From contig CAUWGE010000002.1 in assembly GCA_963558395.1 (NCBI GenBank), positions 899 through 64,898 of the forward strand: a stretch of 64,000 nt of DNA, in the 5' to 3' direction. Source of the stretch: an uncultured Clostridia bacterium (GTDB taxonomy: Bacteria; Bacillota; Clostridia; TANB77; CAG-508). The position numbers were made by a program, and so were the translations under genes. Numbering within the stretch: the first letter of the stretch is position 1; every line of letters starts with the position of its first letter. The notes under the pieces were generated by a model. It worked only from the letters and a program-made list of their open reading frames with translations. It made no database searches and was not told the origin of the DNA. Of the stretch, positions 59,591 through 64,000 are shown one piece after another.

Positions 59591-60124
59591 ATGGAAAGAA
59601 AAGTGATTTTATATATTTCACAGAGTTTAGATGGATTCATTGCAGACAATACAGGTAGAGTAGATTGGATTATTGGCAATAATAAAGAGTATATTAGTGA
59701 TTATGGATATGAAAGCTTTATAAAAAATATAGATACAGTTATTTTAGGTGCAAATACATATAAACAGATAAAAAATGAATTATCACCAGACAAATGGGTT
59801 TATGAAGACTTACAAAGTTATGTTTTTACTAATGAAAAAAGTAAAAATACTGAAAATATAAAATTTGTTAATATGAATATAGAAGAACTAATAGAGAGAT
59901 TAAAACAAGAAAAAGGAAAAAACATATGGATATGTGGAGGAGCAAATTTGGTAAATCAATGTTTAAAAAATGATTTAATTGATGAATACCAGATTACAAC
60001 TGTTCCAGTAATTCTAGGAAACGGAATTAGACTGTTTGAGAAAAATGGTAAAAAAATAAAACTAGAATTGAAAGAAATAAAAGAAGAAAATGGATTAGTA
60101 ATTGGAAGATATACTAAGGAGTAA
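59591..60124 (+). CDS. dihydrofolate reductase family protein (RibD C-terminal-like)
   Basis: MERKVILYISQSLDGFIADNTGRVDWI…ICGGANLVNQ matches the RibD_C/DHFR-like family. Confidence 0.7.
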   Translation: MERKVILYISQSLDGFIADNTGRVDWIIGNNKEYISDYGYESFIKNIDTVILGANTYKQIKNELSPDKWVYEDLQSYVFTNEKSKNTENIKFVNMNIEELIERLKQEKGKNIWICGGANLVNQCLKNDLIDEYQITTVPVILGNGIRLFEKNGKKIKLELKEIKEENGLVIGRYTKE

Positions 60125-60158
60125 ATTCTGTGTATGTTACAAAATTTAAAATGTAAAA

Positions 60159-60192
60159 ATAAAACGCTTGATATATAAGCGTTTTATAAATT
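60159..60192 (+). terminator. rho-independent terminator
   Basis: AAAACGCTT-gatatata-AAGCGTTTTAT. Confidence 0.5.
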
Positions 60193-60210
60193 AATATAAA
60201 ATATTTTAAA

Positions 60211-60236
60211 ATAAAAAAAGAGGCTAAAGCCTCTGA
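60211..60236 (-). terminator. rho-independent terminator of the minus-strand initiator tRNA
   Basis: Hairpin AGAGGC-taaa-GCCTCT, followed on the minus strand by TTTTTTTA. Confidence 0.55.
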
Positions 60237-60239
60237 AAT

Positions 60240-60315
60240 TGGTTGCGGGGGAAGGACTCGAACCTCCGACCTTTGGGTTATGAGCCCAACGAGCTGCCAA
60301 CTGCTCCACCCCGCG
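60240..60315 (-). tRNA. initiator tRNA-fMet (anticodon CAT)
   Basis: Minus strand: CGCGGGGTGGAGCAGTTGGCAGCTCGTTGGGCTCATAACCCAAAGGTCGGAGGTTCGAGTCCTTCCCCCGCAACCA. Has the C1·A72 mismatch and three G-C pairs in the anticodon stem, the initiator hallmarks. Confidence 0.85.
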
Positions 60316-60541
60316 ATGTGTTGACTTTTATATTATACATCTTAGAAGCCAAACTTGTCAATAGTTTTTCGAAAATTAACAAAAAATGTATGATAAAAAG
60401 TAGATATTACTATATTATATGATAATTAACAAAAAATATTACAAAAATATTTTGCTACGCATTTAATAAATTTACTAGTTGTAAAAGAAGTATAGATATG
60501 ATATTATAAGCGAAAGATTAAAATACGAGGAGAAAAATATT

Positions 60542-61420
60542 ATGAAGGATAAGAAAGATAAGAAGAAAAAGAAAATGAAACTACAAAGAATTATAAAACT
60601 TGCATATAAAGAAAATAAACGAAGTTCATTACTTTTATACATGATTTTAAGAGCATTAGTTATCGTTTGTATGATTTTGCAAATTTTACATGGAAACTTT
60701 GGAAATGCCATGCTTTGCATGTTATCTTTAATATTACTATTGGTTCCTTTATTTGTTCAAAATAGATTCAAAATAACACTTCCAAATGGGCTAGAGATAG
60801 CGATATATTTATTTATATTTTCCGCAGAAATATTAGGAGAAATACACAATTTTTATGGAGTAATTCCTTTTTGGGATACAATGCTTCACACAATAAATGG
60901 ATTTTTGGCAGCAGCAGTAGGATTCTCAATAGTAGATTTATTAAATAAAAACAGCAAAAGCTTTAAACTTTCACCAATATATTTATGTATAGTGGCATTT
61001 TGCTTTTCAATGACAATTGGAGTAATATGGGAATTTTTTGAATTTGGAATGGACAGCTTCTTCAAAACAGATATGCAAAAAGATAGAATTATAGAGACAA
61101 TTTCATCAGTAGAATTAAATGAACTTGGAAAAAATGAAGCAGTTGTACTAGAGAATATAGGAGGAACAATTATACTTGGAAAAAACGGAGAAGTACTTCA
61201 AGTAGTTGATGGGGGATATTTAGATATTGGAATAATAGATTCAATGAAAGATTTAATAGTAAACTTTGTTGGAGCATTTGTATTTTCTATATTTGGATAT
61301 ATAACATTAAGAAAAAATAAAAATAATTTTATTCAAAACTTTGTACCAACAAGAGAAAAGCGAAAAATACCTAAATCAGTAAAAAAAGAGTTAAAAAAAT
61401 ATGATATAAAGACAGAATAA
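60542..61420 (+). CDS. hypothetical polytopic membrane protein with a K-rich N-terminus
   Basis: 292 aa with several TM helices and a WEFFEFGMD motif. AGGAG RBS. Confidence 0.45.
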   Translation: MKDKKDKKKKKMKLQRIIKLAYKENKRSSLLLYMILRALVIVCMILQILHGNFGNAMLCMLSLILLLVPLFVQNRFKITLPNGLEIAIYLFIFSAEILGEIHNFYGVIPFWDTMLHTINGFLAAAVGFSIVDLLNKNSKSFKLSPIYLCIVAFCFSMTIGVIWEFFEFGMDSFFKTDMQKDRIIETISSVELNELGKNEAVVLENIGGTIILGKNGEVLQVVDGGYLDIGIIDSMKDLIVNFVGAFVFSIFGYITLRKNKNNFIQNFVPTREKRKIPKSVKKELKKYDIKTE

Positions 61421-61437
61421 AGATATTAGAGGCAAAA

Positions 61438-63324
61438 ATGGGAAAGAAACTATTAATAACAGAAAAGCCTTCGGTAGCAATGGAATTTGCAAAGGCATTA
61501 AAAATAAATACAACTAGAAAAAATGGTTACCTAGAATCAGAAAAATGGATAATAACTTGGTGCGTAGGCCATTTAGTAACAATGAGCTATCCAGAAAAAT
61601 ACAATGAAAACCTTAAATTCTGGAGGTTAGACACATTGCCATTCATTCCAAAAGAGTGGAAATATGAAATAATACCAGCTGTTGAAAATCAATTTAATAT
61701 TGTAAAAGGTTTACTTCAAAGAGAAGATGTAGAAGAAATATACAATGCAGGTGACTCCGGAAGGGAAGGAGAATATATACAAAGATTAGTTTTTATGATG
61801 GCGAAACCAAACCCAAAAGCAGAAATTAAGAGGGTGTGGATTGACTCACAAACAGAAGAAGAAATAAAAAGAGGAATAGAAGAAGCAAAAGACTCATCTG
61901 AATATGATAGCCTATCAGATAGTGCCTATTTAAGAGCAAAAGAAGATTATCTAATAGGAATTAACTTTTCGAGAATGTTATCTATAATATATGGAAGGAG
62001 ACTCGCAAAAGAAATAAATGAAGAAAGAGCATCAATTTCAGTTGGTAGAGTAATGACTTGTGTATTAGGCATGATTGTCGAAAGAGAAAGAGAAATAAGG
62101 AACTTTGTAAAAGTACCATTTTATAAAATAGTAGGTAATTTTGAAAAACTTTCTGCAGAATGGAAAGTTTCAGAAGGCTCAAAACTATGGCAATCTATGA
62201 AACTATATAATGAGACAGGATTTAAAAAAGAAATTGATGCAAAAGAATTTATAAAATCACTTGAGGGGAAAAAAGCAATTGTAGAAGAAGTTAAGAAGAG
62301 CAAACAAAAAGAAAATGCACCAATGCTTTTTAATCTAGCAGAAATTCAAAATGAATGTACAAAAAGATTTAAAATAAAACCAGATGAAACTTTAGAAATA
62401 ATACAAAATTTATATGAAAAAAAACTAGTTACATATCCAAGAACGGATGCAAGAGTGTTATCTTCAGCAGTAGCGAAAGTAATAAACAAAAATTTAAATG
62501 GAATAGCAGTAGGATACAAAGATGAGGAAATACAAGGCTATATAAAGCAGATGAAAGATGAAAATTATAGTACCAATCTTCTAAAAACAAAATATGTAAA
62601 TGATAGTAAAATAACAGACCATTATGCAATAATTCCAACAGGAAAAGGATATGAAAATTTAGAAAAACTACCAGAATTGCAAAAAAAGGTATATAATTTA
62701 ATTGTAAAAAGATTTTTAGCTATATTTTATCCAGCAGCAGAGTTTAATAAAATGAATGTAACAATAAATGTAGACGGAGAGAAATTCTATGCAAGTACAA
62801 AAATTTGTACTAAAAAAGGTTACTTGGATATATTGAAAAAAGGTAACCAGGAAGAGCAAAATATAGAAAATATTAATGTGAAAAAAGGAGAAGAACTTGC
62901 AATAGAAGGTTACAGCATAAAAGAATCAGAGACGACTCCTCCTACTAGATATAATTCAGGTTCGATAATTTTGGCGATGGAAAATGCAGGGAAGCTTATA
63001 GAAGATGAAGAATTAAGAGAACAAATAAAAGGTGCAGGAATTGGGACAAGTGCAACTAGAGCAGAAATAATAAAGAAACTAGAAAAAATTAAATATATAG
63101 AAATAAATACGAAGACACAAATAATAGTTCCAAGCCAAAAAGGTGAATATATATATGATATTGTAAAAATGTCAATGCCGGATATGTTAAACCCAAAACT
63201 TACAGCGAGTTGGGAAAAAGGACTAGATATGGTTGCCAAAAAAGACATAAAAGCAGAAGTCTTTATGACCAAATTAGAAGGTTACATAAATAGTAAATTT
63301 GACAAATTAGTAATTAGAAGATAA
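61438..63324 (+). CDS. topB: DNA topoisomerase III (type IA)
   Basis: Toprim N-terminus KKLLITEKPSVA, the active-site region, and Topo IA core motifs through the C-terminus. Confidence 0.85.
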   Translation: MGKKLLITEKPSVAMEFAKALKINTTRKNGYLESEKWIITWCVGHLVTMSYPEKYNENLKFWRLDTLPFIPKEWKYEIIPAVENQFNIVKGLLQREDVEEIYNAGDSGREGEYIQRLVFMMAKPNPKAEIKRVWIDSQTEEEIKRGIEEAKDSSEYDSLSDSAYLRAKEDYLIGINFSRMLSIIYGRRLAKEINEERASISVGRVMTCVLGMIVEREREIRNFVKVPFYKIVGNFEKLSAEWKVSEGSKLWQSMKLYNETGFKKEIDAKEFIKSLEGKKAIVEEVKKSKQKENAPMLFNLAEIQNECTKRFKIKPDETLEIIQNLYEKKLVTYPRTDARVLSSAVAKVINKNLNGIAVGYKDEEIQGYIKQMKDENYSTNLLKTKYVNDSKITDHYAIIPTGKGYENLEKLPELQKKVYNLIVKRFLAIFYPAAEFNKMNVTINVDGEKFYASTKICTKKGYLDILKKGNQEEQNIENINVKKGEELAIEGYSIKESETTPPTRYNSGSIILAMENAGKLIEDEELREQIKGAGIGTSATRAEIIKKLEKIKYIEINTKTQIIVPSQKGEYIYDIVKMSMPDMLNPKLTASWEKGLDMVAKKDIKAEVFMTKLEGYINSKFDKLVIRR

Positions 63325-63459
63325 AAAAATAATATGACCATAGATAGGCTTAAAAAGCTGGCAAATGCGTTAGTTACCAATAAATTACACTAGACATTTT
63401 TTAGCTAATATGGTATAACTAAAAAAGTATAATTTTATTTAAGGAGGGGAGTCCAATTA

Positions 63460-64000
63460 GTACCTTAAAAAAAGCTGTGATAGGTTTTAGAAAGATAGTA
63501 AAGTTAGCTATTATTTTGACAATTGCAGCAGTAGTAATACTAGGAATAATAAAGGTTTCATATAAGCAAACTTATAGTGTAAGCCTAAATGGAGAAATAA
63601 TAGGTTATACACAAAACAAAATTAGTTTACAAAAGAGAATTAATGATTATATAAATTCAGGAGATAACAGTGAAATTGCATTTGTAGAGGTAAAAGATAT
63701 GCCAGAATACAAAGCATGTTTGCTGAAAAAGGGAATAGAAACAAACGATGATGAAATTTTTCAAAAAGTAACCTCATCAGGAACACCATACTATAAATAT
63801 TATGCAATAACAGAGGATGATGAAGAAAAGGCATATGTTGCTGAATTTTCAGAAGCTGAAGATGTTGTAAATCAATTAAAAGAAAAGTCTAGTACAAATG
63901 CAGATAAGATAGGAATTGTGGAAAAATATTCTACTGAGAAAAAAGAATATACACCTATTGAAACTTGTGTAGCAAATTTATATAAGAAAAAAGAACCTGT
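63460..64000 (+). CDS. partial ORF that runs off the window end (membrane-anchored protein, N-terminal TM)
   Basis: Open frame from about 63460 (VIGFRKIVKLAIILTIAAVVILGII…) to the window edge, preceded by GGAGGGGAG. No stop codon is reached. Confidence 0.3.

Overview
Low-GC Firmicutes (Clostridium-like) chromosomal window of about 64 kb. Most of it is ordinary housekeeping or accessory genes. Recognisable genes include an SPFH/zinc-ribbon membrane operon, a sulfonate/nitrate-type ABC importer, a CorA magnesium transporter, an ABC-F ATPase, a D-alanine ligase plus alanine racemase pair, an M18 aminopeptidase, a three-gene ABC-2 export module, CvpA, an LCP-family protein, a DD-carboxypeptidase, MerR- and GNAT-family proteins and topoisomerase III. 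Two regions stand out. (1) Positions 12.8-25.6 kb hold a 2400-aa two-module NRPS ending in a reductase domain (C-A-T-C-A-T-R). It is co-transcribed with a PAS sensor kinase and an HD-GYP response regulator. Diverging from it are a GC-atypical cysteine-rich ORF and a fatty-acyl-CoA ligase. This is a candidate biosynthetic cluster for an N-acyl dipeptide aldehyde. (2) Positions 33.05-42.96 kb hold a roughly 9.9 kb integrative mobilizable element inserted into the 3' end of tRNA-Pro, bounded by a 12-bp direct repeat. It carries a RepA_N replication initiator, a MobV relaxase, an excisionase and a tyrosine integrase. Its cargo is an ABC exporter plus a small P-loop NTPase, and a tight two-gene cassette with no known function (a Schlafen/AlbA_2-like ATPase-family protein and a Zn-finger-tailed unknown protein). 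That cassette is the best candidate for an undescribed defence-type system. The window has four tRNAs (Arg-ACG, Arg-TCT, Pro-TGG, initiator Met). At least five frameshifts split an LPXTG surface protein (at an A7 tract), an ABC permease, comM/yifB (twice) and comEA. These are either real pseudogenes or indel errors in the assembly. No CRISPR arrays or rRNA were found.
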